Shown: positions 10,028 through 19,834 of the stretch, one piece after another
Layout: every line of letters starts with the position of its first letter
Position numbering within the stretch: the first letter of the stretch is position 1
Source: Candidatus Geocrenenecus huangii
GTDB taxonomy: Archaea; Thermoproteota; Nitrososphaeria_A; Caldarchaeales; Wolframiiraptoraceae
Length of the DNA stretch: 64,000 nucleotides
NCBI GenBank assembly: GCA_023254095.1
Contig: JALNLM010000003.1
Coordinates: 89,133 to 153,132 of the forward strand
Reading direction: 5' to 3'
Translations under genes and position numbers: made by a program
Notes under the pieces: model-generated
What the model was told of the DNA's origin: nothing
The model's database searches: none
The model's input: the letters and a program-made list of their open reading frames with translations, nothing else

Positions 10028-11365
10028 TTGAATATGTCTGAGGATATTATCGACTTATCGAGAAGACATGTATTCGGAACATGGAGGATTCAGAAAACCT
10101 GGAAGCCTGTAAATATCGTCTCTGCTGAAGGATGCTACTTTACAGATTCGAATGGAAGAAGATATCTGGATTTCTCTTCACAACTGATATGCATAAACAT
10201 AGGTCACGGAAACAAGAATATAATCGATGCGATTTATCAATACATGAAGAGGCTCCAGTATCTCAGCCCAGCGTTTACATGCGATGTTAGAGCAGAGCTC
10301 AGCAGGATGCTTCTCGAGATCATGCCTAATAATATTGTTAAATTCTTCTATTCTACTTCTGGCACTGAGGCCGTAGAGGCTGCATTAAAGATCGCGAGGA
10401 TGTACACTAGGAAGCATAAAGTAATCTCACGCTACAAAAGCTATCATGGAGCCACTGCAGCTTCGATATCTATAACTGGTGAGTGGCGTAGAATACCCGT
10501 CGAAGGATATCATACTGTTCCAGGAACACAGTTTGCACCAGAATGCTATTGTTATAGATGCCCATTCAAGTTAAACTATCCAAGTTGCGGCATAACATGC
10601 GCCGAATACATAGACTATATGCTACAGCATGAAGATGATGTAGCCGCAGTAATAGTTGAACCAGTGGTTGGCACGAACGGCGTACTTGTACCTCCACCCG
10701 AGTACCTGCCTCGTCTAAGAGAGATAACTAGAGAGTATAATGTACTGTTGATAGCTGACGAGGTTATGTCTGGGTGGCTCAGGACAGGTGAATGGTTTGC
10801 TGTTCAACACTGGAGAGTTGAGCCAGACATTATAACGACGGCTAAAGGTGTTACTTCAGGTTATCTACCTCTAGGGGTTACAGGCGTATCTAAAGAAATA
10901 TCAGACTATTTTGAAGAACATCTATTCGCTCATGGACATACATATGAAGCACATCCGGTAACACTTGCTGCAGGTATAGCTACCATAAACGAATACCATA
11001 AACTGGGAATTAAGGAGAACGTTAAGAAGGTTGGAGAATACTTAGGTAGGAGGCTGAGGGAACTTGAAGAAAAGCATCCAAGTATAGGTGAGGTAAGAGG
11101 GCTTGGATTATTCTGGGCGGTAGACCTTACAAAAGATAGAAAAACTAGAAAACCGATGAATAATCCTAAAGACAAACTGTACGGTAAGCCTATCATCGTT
11201 GAGAAAGTAGCTTCAAAGGCATTTGAGCAAGGAGTATTTGTCATCGGCTGGATAAATAATATACTAGTTGCTCCACCTCTAATAGCTGTGAGGGAAGATA
11301 TAGACAAGGGTGTAGAAGCATTAGATGAGGCATTAAAGATAGCTGACCAGGAGGCAACTCCGTGA
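10028..11365 (+). CDS. Class III PLP-dependent aminotransferase (GABA/ornithine/beta-alanine-pyruvate aminotransferase family)
   Basis: 445 aa. It has the aminotransferase class III fold signature, with the PLP-lysine region LIADEVMSGWLRTGEWFA...TTAKGVTSGYLPLG. The true start is probably the ATG at 10034. Confidence 0.8.
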   Translation: MNMSEDIIDLSRRHVFGTWRIQKTWKPVNIVSAEGCYFTDSNGRRYLDFSSQLICINIGHGNKNIIDAIYQYMKRLQYLSPAFTCDVRAELSRMLLEIMPNNIVKFFYSTSGTEAVEAALKIARMYTRKHKVISRYKSYHGATAASISITGEWRRIPVEGYHTVPGTQFAPECYCYRCPFKLNYPSCGITCAEYIDYMLQHEDDVAAVIVEPVVGTNGVLVPPPEYLPRLREITREYNVLLIADEVMSGWLRTGEWFAVQHWRVEPDIITTAKGVTSGYLPLGVTGVSKEISDYFEEHLFAHGHTYEAHPVTLAAGIATINEYHKLGIKENVKKVGEYLGRRLRELEEKHPSIGEVRGLGLFWAVDLTKDRKTRKPMNNPKDKLYGKPIIVEKVASKAFEQGVFVIGWINNILVAPPLIAVREDIDKGVEALDEALKIADQEATP

Positions 11366-11595
11366 AAAACAGGTCAAGAGCGTTATAATCACTGTTGGGA
11401 GAAGTCGTAAATTCGAGAACCTGCCTACCTAGTTGAGCTATAGCTAGTACTTGTTAGTTGGAAATCTACGTGAAGGGAGACCACCATATTGTCATATCCT
11501 CATTATTATCTTTTTAGGAGCTTACAGAGTTCTCCGAAGATAAAATACGTTGTCTTGTTAGAAGGCCGTAGCGATGGTCGAGTCCTCTTTTTTGT

Positions 11596-11865
11596 CTACC
11601 CTCCTAGAGTAGTCTTAACGTATGTTTTTACACAATACCTGTTCTCAAGTAGATGGACGATTAGTACAATCGTTAAGAAGATGGATATCTGCATGTGGAG
11701 GTCTCTCCAATCATCTTTCCTTAGACTAAGGAACTCTAATCTACCAGATTGCGGTCCTCTAGGCCATACATATAGAATCAACCCAGTTATAAGAACTGCT
11801 ATCCCTAAGATAACCATAACATAGAAGAGTGCCGCTCTAAAGGTTATTCTCGGACTCATATACAT
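11596..11865 (-). CDS. Small membrane protein (2 predicted TM helices), hypothetical
   Basis: An 89-aa ORF with two hydrophobic helices. It competes with an overlapping plus-strand ORF, and this assignment is weak. Confidence 0.25.
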   Translation of the reverse strand: MYMSPRITFRAALFYVMVILGIAVLITGLILYVWPRGPQSGRLEFLSLRKDDWRDLHMQISIFLTIVLIVHLLENRYCVKTYVKTTLGG

Positions 11866-11907
11866 ATTAACAAGGAGGGTTAATTTAGGTTTTAGGTACA
11901 GATTGTG

Positions 11908-13131
11908 TTAAGTTGTTTCTCTATACAGTCTTGAGAGGATTATAGGTGTTATGAATGATGTCAGGATCACCATTCCGACAGCCTGAATATAAATAGTTTG
12001 GCTTATTAAACCTCTGCTAAGTCCTAGACTTGCTATCACTAGCCCGAGTTCACCTCTAGGAACCATTCCAACCCCTACTCTTACAGCCTTAATCCAGTTT
12101 CTAAGTTTCGGTAACGAGGTTAGAGCTGAGCCTAGAAACTTTGTAGCGAATGCTATTCCAGTAAGAATTAGTAGACCGAGCATGACGTTTTCACTAAACA
12201 AGGTTACATCCATTCTCGCGCCCACAAATGTAAAGAATAGGGGGCTGAAAACCTGGTTTAGATGTTTAATAAAATCCTTAACTCTTACTAACGCTTTCGA
12301 TTCCGCGACAGATAAACCTGCAGCATACGAGCCTATGATGGGTGAAAGCCCTAGGCCGGCAGCTATCGCCGACATTATGAATGCTGAGCCTATAGCAGCT
12401 GCTTCGACAGCTCCCTCAGCTTTAATCAATAATGCACGCTCAATAAATCTAGGGATCACGTAGACTCCTACTATGAGCATCAGGAACCAGGTGATGAAGA
12501 ATATTGAGGTAGTCCTCAATGCGCTCATTAAATCTAGTCTTCCCTGAGGCGCTGATAATGCTGAGGAAACTACTGCAAGTATTGATACACCTATAACATC
12601 GTCAACCACCGCAGCGTTCAATAGTAATATGCTTTCATCAGTGCCTAGTGCTCCAAAGTCTTCCATTACTCTAACTGTTATAGCGAGGCTTGTTGCAACC
12701 ATTATTGCTCCGGTCATCAGAGCAGAGCCCTCTGGGTAGCCTAGCCATGAGTAGAAATAGTATCCCCCAATGAAGGGTAGAAGTGCTCCGCCGGATGCTA
12801 CTATGAAAGCCCATATTCCGGCTCTCCTCAAGCTAGTAGCACCCATCTCCAATCCGGCGGAGAATAGAATCATTATAGCTCCTATCTCTGCAAATGCTTC
12901 AACGAACTCGTTAAGGACTACTAGTGGCTCCCCGAAGATAACTATTGCTGTGCCAAGCATTGAGGGGCCGAGAATTATCCCAGCCAAAAGTTCGCCTATA
13001 ATTGAGGGGAGCTTAAAGCTGGAGAATACTCCTCCCAACACCTTCGCGAAAAACACCAAGACGCTTATGGTTACTATCGCTCTCATTATAGGATCCATAC
13101 TGCTTACAGACATCATTATTAATCTCCCCAA
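11908..13131 (-). CDS. Cation:proton antiporter (CPA1/CPA2, NapA/KefB-type Na+/H+ exchanger)
   Basis: 407 aa and polytopic. The N-terminal IIGELLAGIILGPSMLG motif is typical of Na+/H+ exchanger family transporters. Confidence 0.75.
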   Translation of the reverse strand: MGRLIMMSVSSMDPIMRAIVTISVLVFFAKVLGGVFSSFKLPSIIGELLAGIILGPSMLGTAIVIFGEPLVVLNEFVEAFAEIGAIMILFSAGLEMGATSLRRAGIWAFIVASGGALLPFIGGYYFYSWLGYPEGSALMTGAIMVATSLAITVRVMEDFGALGTDESILLLNAAVVDDVIGVSILAVVSSALSAPQGRLDLMSALRTTSIFFITWFLMLIVGVYVIPRFIERALLIKAEGAVEAAAIGSAFIMSAIAAGLGLSPIIGSYAAGLSVAESKALVRVKDFIKHLNQVFSPLFFTFVGARMDVTLFSENVMLGLLILTGIAFATKFLGSALTSLPKLRNWIKAVRVGVGMVPRGELGLVIASLGLSRGLISQTIYIQAVGMVILTSFITPIILSRLYRETT

Positions 13132-13256
13132 AATCTCATTTAAAGCTATTCATAAATATAGCTTACAAATACCTATCGATCCACAGTAACCTCATGCATT
13201 GAAAATTAAAATACGTGCCAGAGTCTGAGATGGTTTGGAGGTTAAGAATGTAGACC

Positions 13257-13886
13257 ATGGTTGAAGTAGATGCTGTAGTCTTCGATGTAGATGGTACAAT
13301 GTACAGGTCTAGGAGGTATGAGGCCCATCTGAGGGAGAGTATTCACAGAGTATTAGGAGAACTCTTAGGGATAGACTATCTTAGAGCGGCTGAGAAGCTT
13401 AAAGCAGTTAAGAAGAAGACTAAGACAGTCAGTTTAAGTGTTGAGATGATGGGGGTTGATAGAAGAAGGTTTTACGATCTTCTCGCTGAGAGAATCGACC
13501 CCTCAAAATACATTAAACCTAGACCTGAAGTTAAGAAACTTCTACAAGAGCTTAAGAAGGCTGGAATCAAGATTGGATGCCACACTAATTCTGGGAGAAG
13601 CCTATTCTTAAAAGTGTCAGAAGCGTTAGGCATCCATGCATCCGACTTTGATGTAGTTGTGACGAGTGATGATGCCCCTCCTAAACCACTTAAGGATGGA
13701 TACATACTCTTATCAAAACTTCTAGGGACTCCTTTCAACAGAATACTGTATGTAGGAGATAGATGGGAAGTTGAAGTAAAGCCAGCTAAAGAGCTCGGCA
13801 TGATTACTGTGCTCGTCCATTCTAGAAACGGTGAACCAGACTTCTATCTTAGCGATATAACAGAATTATTCAAGATTATCAAGTAA
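13257..13886 (+). CDS. HAD-superfamily hydrolase
   Basis: It has motif I VVFDVDGTM (DxDGT) at the N-terminus and a C-terminal GDR/D motif, YVGDRWEVEV. Confidence 0.7.
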   Translation: MVEVDAVVFDVDGTMYRSRRYEAHLRESIHRVLGELLGIDYLRAAEKLKAVKKKTKTVSLSVEMMGVDRRRFYDLLAERIDPSKYIKPRPEVKKLLQELKKAGIKIGCHTNSGRSLFLKVSEALGIHASDFDVVVTSDDAPPKPLKDGYILLSKLLGTPFNRILYVGDRWEVEVKPAKELGMITVLVHSRNGEPDFYLSDITELFKIIK

Positions 13887-13914
13887 TGTCTAACCTGCAC
13901 TATGCAAATATGTT

Positions 13915-15705
13915 TTAGGCTGCTAGATAATAGTATTCTCCAACCTCTTTCTGTATTTTATCTAGCTGAGAGCCGGGCTTGTTCGCTCTAGGTCTACCTG
14001 TCTCCGGGTCTCTTCTAAACGTTATATTCATTTCTTTAAGAAATTCGTTAAATCCCGTATGTAGATCTATTGGAGGATTAGCCACACCATATCTTCCAGG
14101 CTCACCTGTGAAGACCATCAACTTACTTGATGAGAAATCTAGAACCATTAAGTCGTGTTCAACGAGGAACGTGTATGCTTTTTTCTCTCTCGTAATCCTC
14201 TTCAGGATCTTTGATATAGCGTATCTTTCTTCAACGTCTAGATAAGCGCTCGGCTCATCGAAAAGATACACCTCCGCATCTCTAGACAATGCTTCAGCGA
14301 TCACAACCTTCTGGAGCTCGCCGCCACTTAGCTCTAGTAAGTTTTTGTCAATCATCCTTGCCAGCCCCAGAGGTTCTAGAATTTCTTCTCTATAAAGATC
14401 CGAGTCGAAGTGTTTTCCAGCGGCTTCCCTTAAGACTTGCTCAACAATAGCGTCTCTAGGTATAGGATACTGAGGTTTATAGCTTATAGATTTATATGAA
14501 AGCTTGAAACCTTCATCGCTTTCCTCCAATCCTGCAAGCAATTCTATGAATGTTGTCTTCCCTATACCGTTTGCTCCTACTATACCTACTACTTCACCTC
14601 TATACACTTTACCCTCTCTAACTTCAAGCTTGAAGTCTCCGTAGGTTTTAGACATGCTAGGCCAGTATAGAGGTTCAGAGCCCTCAGCTTCTAACTCTGA
14701 TGGAGGTGGTCTAACTTGGAAGATTATCTTATCTTGCCTAAACTTAACATTCTCGGAGGGGATGTATCCCTGAAGAAATATGTTTATACCCTCCCTAGCA
14801 CTGAATGGGCCTGAAACGACACCGTATACTGATGGTTTCCCATACAGTACGAATATCTTGTCGGCTAAATAATCTAAAACTGCGAGGTCGTGGTCTACTA
14901 CGAGTATTCTAGAATTCTCACTGCATGAGTCTCTAATGAGAGAGGCTATCTTAAATCTCTGCTTGATATCCAGGTATGCGCTCGGCTCATCGACTAAGAA
15001 TGTATCTGCATCTCTCCCAAAACAGGCTGCGATTGCAAGACGCTGGAGCTCTCCCCCACTCAGAACAGATACGTCTCTATCTAGCAGATGGGATAATTCA
15101 AATAACTCAATTATCTTTTCTATCTTGTCAGGCGATACCACTTTTCTCAGAAGTTCCCCGACCTTTCCTTTAACAACTTTAGGTATTTTATCTATATATT
15201 GAGGTTTATAGCTTACCCGTGTCTTTCCTTGATAAAGGAGAGTTAAGTATTCTTGGATCAATGAGCCTCTAAAATATCTTGCAACTTCTAATAGATCAAC
15301 ATTAGATGAATCAAGTCTGCCTAGGTTGGGTTTAAGTTGTCCTGCAAGTATCTGGGTTGCGGTAGTCTTCCCGATCCCATTTTTCCCTATCAATCCTACC
15401 ACTACGTTCTTCTCAAGGTATGGAAGCCTGTATAGTCTGAAAGCATTAACACCGTATTGATGTACTAGGTCTTCGGTTAACTCTTGTGGGAGATTAACGA
15501 TATATATGGCTTTAAATGGGCACTTGTTAGCACAGATACCACACCCAATGCATAAGGGTTCAACTATGACTGGGTAGCTGTCGTCACCCATCTTTATAGC
15601 TTCAATATCATTTCTTACTGGAGGGCAGAACCTAATACATGGTATCCCGCATTTACGGGAATCGCATTTCTCTCTATCAAGAACAGCAACCCTCAGAGTA
15701 GACAA
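13915..15705 (-). CDS. abcE1: ABCE1 / RNase L inhibitor-like ribosome recycling ATPase
   Basis: 596 aa. It has an N-terminal 2x[4Fe-4S] domain (CIRFCPPV...CIGCGICANKCP) followed by two ABC ATPase domains with Walker A (GKNGIGKTT, GANGIGKTT) and LSGGELQ signatures. Confidence 0.9.
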   Translation of the reverse strand: MSTLRVAVLDREKCDSRKCGIPCIRFCPPVRNDIEAIKMGDDSYPVIVEPLCIGCGICANKCPFKAIYIVNLPQELTEDLVHQYGVNAFRLYRLPYLEKNVVVGLIGKNGIGKTTATQILAGQLKPNLGRLDSSNVDLLEVARYFRGSLIQEYLTLLYQGKTRVSYKPQYIDKIPKVVKGKVGELLRKVVSPDKIEKIIELFELSHLLDRDVSVLSGGELQRLAIAACFGRDADTFLVDEPSAYLDIKQRFKIASLIRDSCSENSRILVVDHDLAVLDYLADKIFVLYGKPSVYGVVSGPFSAREGINIFLQGYIPSENVKFRQDKIIFQVRPPPSELEAEGSEPLYWPSMSKTYGDFKLEVREGKVYRGEVVGIVGANGIGKTTFIELLAGLEESDEGFKLSYKSISYKPQYPIPRDAIVEQVLREAAGKHFDSDLYREEILEPLGLARMIDKNLLELSGGELQKVVIAEALSRDAEVYLFDEPSAYLDVEERYAISKILKRITREKKAYTFLVEHDLMVLDFSSSKLMVFTGEPGRYGVANPPIDLHTGFNEFLKEMNITFRRDPETGRPRANKPGSQLDKIQKEVGEYYYLAA

Positions 15706-16219
15706 GGATTAACACCTCAATTACCCCTCTAGAATACCTACTTCACGTCCAACCCACGCATAGATAATCTTTTTACCTTATCTACATTCTTAACCTTTTC
15801 TAGATATGAATCAGACCATCCTGTTAATAAGTATACCAATATTACTCATGAAAACTCTAAGCCAGTTATAGAAGTCGCGTAGGCTATTCTATTTCTGACT
15901 TCTGTTAAACTCGAAAAGATACTATATTAACTGTGGCCTCCGTCTTGTTCCCTACAATGTATTAGATACCGCATGTTTACAGCGCAAGAATTAGGCTGGG
16001 AGACTAACATGGAATACATGGTCTATTTATATCGAGGTATTGTAGAATTTTCACTAAATTTATATGCATCTTCTAAGCCTCTAGGATGTATTCTTATAGC
16101 TAATGCCCCAAGTGTTCTCAGGATTATCTCCTTCTTTTCCGCTACCTCAACTATTTTTATTGCTTCGGAGATTATTTCCTCATCGGATAAGCTTACCGAC
16201 CTCATACACCTACATCGAC

Positions 16220-17182
16220 CTACACGCTTGAATTAAGTAGATCATGGATTGAGATAAAGTTTTTAGGTATGGTTGCTCTAACACCTTTCTTTGGGTCGAC
16301 TACTTGGTTTACAGCTATGTCTACCACTAGACTACCAAACATGTAAGCTTCCTCGAAACTCCACTTCCTCGATTTCATCAATGCCTGAACCGCGTACTCC
16401 GTAGCTATTTCAACAGCTCTATCCATATCCTCGTCAGCTGTAAGGATTGAGTAGTGGTCTCCGAGTTCAACGATCGGCCATTCAGGCTTCATCCCTTTTA
16501 TCGCATTGAATCTTAAAAGTATCCTGCCTTCAACTTCTATTGATGAAACACATAGTTCTCCGTCGGCTTGAACAGCGTGAAGATCTCCCGCCGCGAACAA
16601 TGCCCCATCAACGGCTACCGGTAGATATAGTCTAGCACCCCTACATACTTCTACGCAGTCGAGGTTCCCTCCATGTTTGTAGGGTACGCCTGTCGGAACA
16701 TCATCTCCCTCAGGTGCTACACCTATCGTCCCTATCATTGGCCTAACTATAAGAGGGACATCATTGAATAATGCGATACAATCTTTAATCTTGATTATCT
16801 TCGCTTTAGGCTTAAAGTCTCGTTGAGCAAGTGCTCCAGCGCCTGGAACAACTAGGATCACGCCTTCGGAGGCCACGTCTATGTCAAGAATGTCTACGAT
16901 AAGCGTATCTCCCCTCTCTACTCCATTAATGTATATTGGACCCGTGGCTTTATTGACGCTCCTCCAATCAATCTTTTCCAGAGGAGTGCCCTCGCTCCTA
17001 ACCTGCCCTCCGACAGCATCCTCAGTTTCAAGTATAATGGTCTCACCCAAATCAACATACTCCACAGGCTTATGAAATCTGCTAAAACTATATACTCCTT
17101 TATCCTTAGGCACAATCTTCATTTGCTCAAGAAAACTATCGCATCTTCGAGATAAATCTTTCGCGCAACCGATGAGAACCAT
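16220..17182 (-). CDS. Acetamidase/formamidase family amidohydrolase (FmdA/AmdA)
   Basis: 320 aa. The Gly/Asp-rich beta-sandwich pattern matches the formamidase family (GVPYKHGGNLDCVEV, DGALFAAGDLHAVQADGE). Confidence 0.7.
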   Translation of the reverse strand: MVLIGCAKDLSRRCDSFLEQMKIVPKDKGVYSFSRFHKPVEYVDLGETIILETEDAVGGQVRSEGTPLEKIDWRSVNKATGPIYINGVERGDTLIVDILDIDVASEGVILVVPGAGALAQRDFKPKAKIIKIKDCIALFNDVPLIVRPMIGTIGVAPEGDDVPTGVPYKHGGNLDCVEVCRGARLYLPVAVDGALFAAGDLHAVQADGELCVSSIEVEGRILLRFNAIKGMKPEWPIVELGDHYSILTADEDMDRAVEIATEYAVQALMKSRKWSFEEAYMFGSLVVDIAVNQVVDPKKGVRATIPKNFISIHDLLNSSV

Positions 17183-17273
17183 CTACATCACCGCAAGACC
17201 TTTAATGTTTCCTGATGGATCTTAAGAGATATATATGATTGTGATAGCATAGGATTCAGGTAGGTGCACCGTC

Positions 17274-18338
17274 TTGGTTCTGCCGAGAAATGTGATAGAC
17301 AATATTCTGAGGATTAAGAAGAAGTACCTCGAATATAGAAATGGGGAAGAAGGTGAGGGGTTTGAAAGAGAAAGGAGACAACACGTAGAAGAAGTTAATA
17401 GTATACTCAGGATAGATGAATTGGAAAATCTTGATGAAACAGGCCTTCTAAGATTAGCTAACAATCTCTACGCCTTCATATGGTGGACTAGAAAAGAATA
17501 CCTGGTTGATTATTGGATTAAAGGTGCTGGTGGATTAGACAAGTTGAGAAAAAATCTAGTAGAACTGCTCTATTCAGACCGTAGCTTAGCCGATAGATTT
17601 GATTCGTTCAGAAAGAACGTTAAAGGAATCGGAGTAGCGATGATTACAGAGATGTTAACATACTTCAATCCCAGAGAATACTGTATATGGAATAAGAGAG
17701 TTAGAGAAGCATTACTAAAGATTGGAGTAAACCAGCTTGGAGCAAACTTAGATATTAGTAGAGTAGGTATTAGCAGGCTTTCAGGTAGAGAATATGAAGC
17801 ACTGATAAAAACTCTCAAAGAGATAGCTTACCACTTAAGAGATGAGAAAGCTCTTCCGAATCCTGATCTACTCGATGTTCATTATTTCCTATACTATATC
17901 GCGGAGCTAAGCGATACTCTTGATGAAGAGGTAGACCATGAAGAAATCATTAACATGGTATTGAATATTGGGAAAGGACTTGGCTTCGATGTTTCAAGAG
18001 AGGTCCCATTAGCAACGGGTACAAGAGTAGATGTTATCTGGTCTACAAAGATAGGAAACCTAGGTGAGTTGAAATACGTATTCGAGGTTCATGTTAAAGG
18101 GAGTATTGATTCCTTACTAGTCAACTTGATGAAGGCCTCTCAAGATATAGCTGTCCAAAAAGTTATAGCTGTAGCCGTCGAAGAAGAATTAGAGAAGATC
18201 AGGAGAGAAGCCTCGGCAATAAAGATTCTCTCAGATAGATTGTTGTATTGGAATCTCAGAGAAGTTGTCAAAGCTAGTGAGTTGATAGATGAATTAATGA
18301 GTGTGATGCAGAGGCTAGGCTTAACCAAGACCTACTGA
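17274..18338 (+). CDS. Predicted two-domain nuclease: N-terminal helical (HhH-like) domain + C-terminal PD-(D/E)xK NucS/RecB/Mrr-like endonuclease fold
   Basis: The C-terminal segment GTRVDVIWSTKIGNLGELKYVFEVHVKGS has the D...E.K restriction-endonuclease-like signature. It resembles the NucS/DUF91 pattern IDLLA.D..G.LVVIEVK. The N-terminal KGIGVAMITEMLTYFNPREYCIWN segment looks like a helix-hairpin-helix-like DNA-binding module. Confidence 0.4.
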   Translation: MVLPRNVIDNILRIKKKYLEYRNGEEGEGFERERRQHVEEVNSILRIDELENLDETGLLRLANNLYAFIWWTRKEYLVDYWIKGAGGLDKLRKNLVELLYSDRSLADRFDSFRKNVKGIGVAMITEMLTYFNPREYCIWNKRVREALLKIGVNQLGANLDISRVGISRLSGREYEALIKTLKEIAYHLRDEKALPNPDLLDVHYFLYYIAELSDTLDEEVDHEEIINMVLNIGKGLGFDVSREVPLATGTRVDVIWSTKIGNLGELKYVFEVHVKGSIDSLLVNLMKASQDIAVQKVIAVAVEEELEKIRREASAIKILSDRLLYWNLREVVKASELIDELMSVMQRLGLTKTY

Positions 18339-18697
18339 AAGGCATCACTATTTCGGTAGAGAAGAATGATTCACAGTCATCTTCATGGTTAACATATTGA
18401 AAAGCTTCAACAAGATTGTTCTATTCTACTTGATTCTTCTGCTTACATGTTGATTATACCTTTAAGCCTAAACGTGTTACAGACAACTAGATCTACCAAT
18501 CCCGATATAGAGTAAAACTCGGTAACCGGGGAACTAAGATTATTAGGCTTATAAAGATGCTATAACTTCATGATCACAGTATCCTTTAACTCAATGCATT
18601 CCATATATTTAGTGTGGAAGTATGAGTTTCTTCATCTTTCATTAATGATATTATACATTATCAACTGGGGAGACACAAGCATCTAGATAATCTTCTC

Positions 18698-19834
18698 TTA
18701 GCCGATTACCATTTTCTCTTGTATTAGCTTGTTTTCTTTGAATCTTGTAGGTAGGAAAGGCTTCATCAATTCAGGTATTTTTCCCGTCAAAATGTTTTCC
18801 GCTAACAGTTCTCCTACCAATGGAGCCATCATAAAACCGTGCCCACTATATCCGTATGCTACATATAACCCTTCAGGCCATTCAGGATCTCTACCCATAA
18901 TATGGCTACAGTCAGAAGACATCATGTAGTAGCCTGCCCAGGTCCTCATTATTCTAGCATTCTTCAATACAGGGATTCTCTTTGTGATGGCTCTTGCCCA
19001 TCTAACTACGAAGTCAAATTTAGTCTCAAGCTGTATCAGGCCTGGCGTAGTCGGATAATCTAATGAGCCGAGGATCTCTCCCTTCAAGGTTTGACCCACA
19101 AATGCTCCTGAACCCGTATCTATGATTAGGGGATCGATAAAATAGTGGTAAGGCTCAGTCAAACACATTTCTTTTCTTACAGGCTCGGTTGGAAGACGTA
19201 TCCCTATATTCTCAAGCAGTTCATTCGTCCATGCACCGGCTGATAACACTATTACGTCTACATCCACTAGACCCTTCGCTGTCTTCAATTGTTTAACTTT
19301 TTTGTTCTCGATAATTATATTGTGTACAGGGGTCAATTCATGAAATATTACTCCTAGCTTTTTCGCAAGAGAATAGTACCCGAAGCATACATAATCGTGA
19401 TGTAGGCTACCGTCTTGGGGGCCGAAGAACGCTTCCAAAACATCATCAGCATTTATGTATGGGTACCTTTCCTTGACCATGCCTGGATCTAGGAAGACTC
19501 CTTGAACACCTAGCTTACTCCACATCTTGTTAGCTTCTCTAAATCTATCTATATGTTGTTCATGAAGCAATAGCCAGAGATATCCTCCCCTATGTATTAT
19601 CGGATTCCAATCCATTCTCCTCGCAAGCTTCTCAAGCCTTCTTATAGATTCCAGTGCAAATCTACTATTTTCTTCAGCCCAGAAATGTACTCGGAACCTC
19701 GCTCCAGACCTTGTACTCGACCCATACGTTATCCAATTCTTCTCAAACAGGTGTATTTCTCCTTCATTTCTTATAGCTAGATTCCATGCTATCGATAACC
19801 CGCTTATCCCTCCACCTACGACTGCGATCTTCAC
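18698..19834 (-). CDS. FAD-dependent oxidoreductase, sarcosine oxidase beta / L-proline dehydrogenase beta-like (DAO family)
   Basis: It has an N-terminal dinucleotide-binding motif, MKIAVVGGGISGLSIAWNLA. It is 378 aa and overlaps the upstream alpha-like gene by 4 nt. Confidence 0.7.
   Translation of the reverse strand: MKIAVVGGGISGLSIAWNLAIRNEGEIHLFEKNWITYGSSTRSGARFRVHFWAEENSRFALESIRRLEKLARRMDWNPIIHRGGYLWLLLHEQHIDRFREANKMWSKLGVQGVFLDPGMVKERYPYINADDVLEAFFGPQDGSLHHDYVCFGYYSLAKKLGVIFHELTPVHNIIIENKKVKQLKTAKGLVDVDVIVLSAGAWTNELLENIGIRLPTEPVRKEMCLTEPYHYFIDPLIIDTGSGAFVGQTLKGEILGSLDYPTTPGLIQLETKFDFVVRWARAITKRIPVLKNARIMRTWAGYYMMSSDCSHIMGRDPEWPEGLYVAYGYSGHGFMMAPLVGELLAENILTGKIPELMKPFLPTRFKENKLIQEKMVIG

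Noticed and set aside
12182-13189. Plus-strand ORFs antisense to the Na+/H+ antiporter gene
   Set aside because: They are mirror-frame artefacts of a hydrophobic membrane-protein gene.
16023-16205. 60-aa minus-strand ORF immediately downstream of the formamidase gene
   Set aside because: It is short and has no recognisable motif. It could be a small protein or a gene remnant, but the evidence is insufficient to call it.
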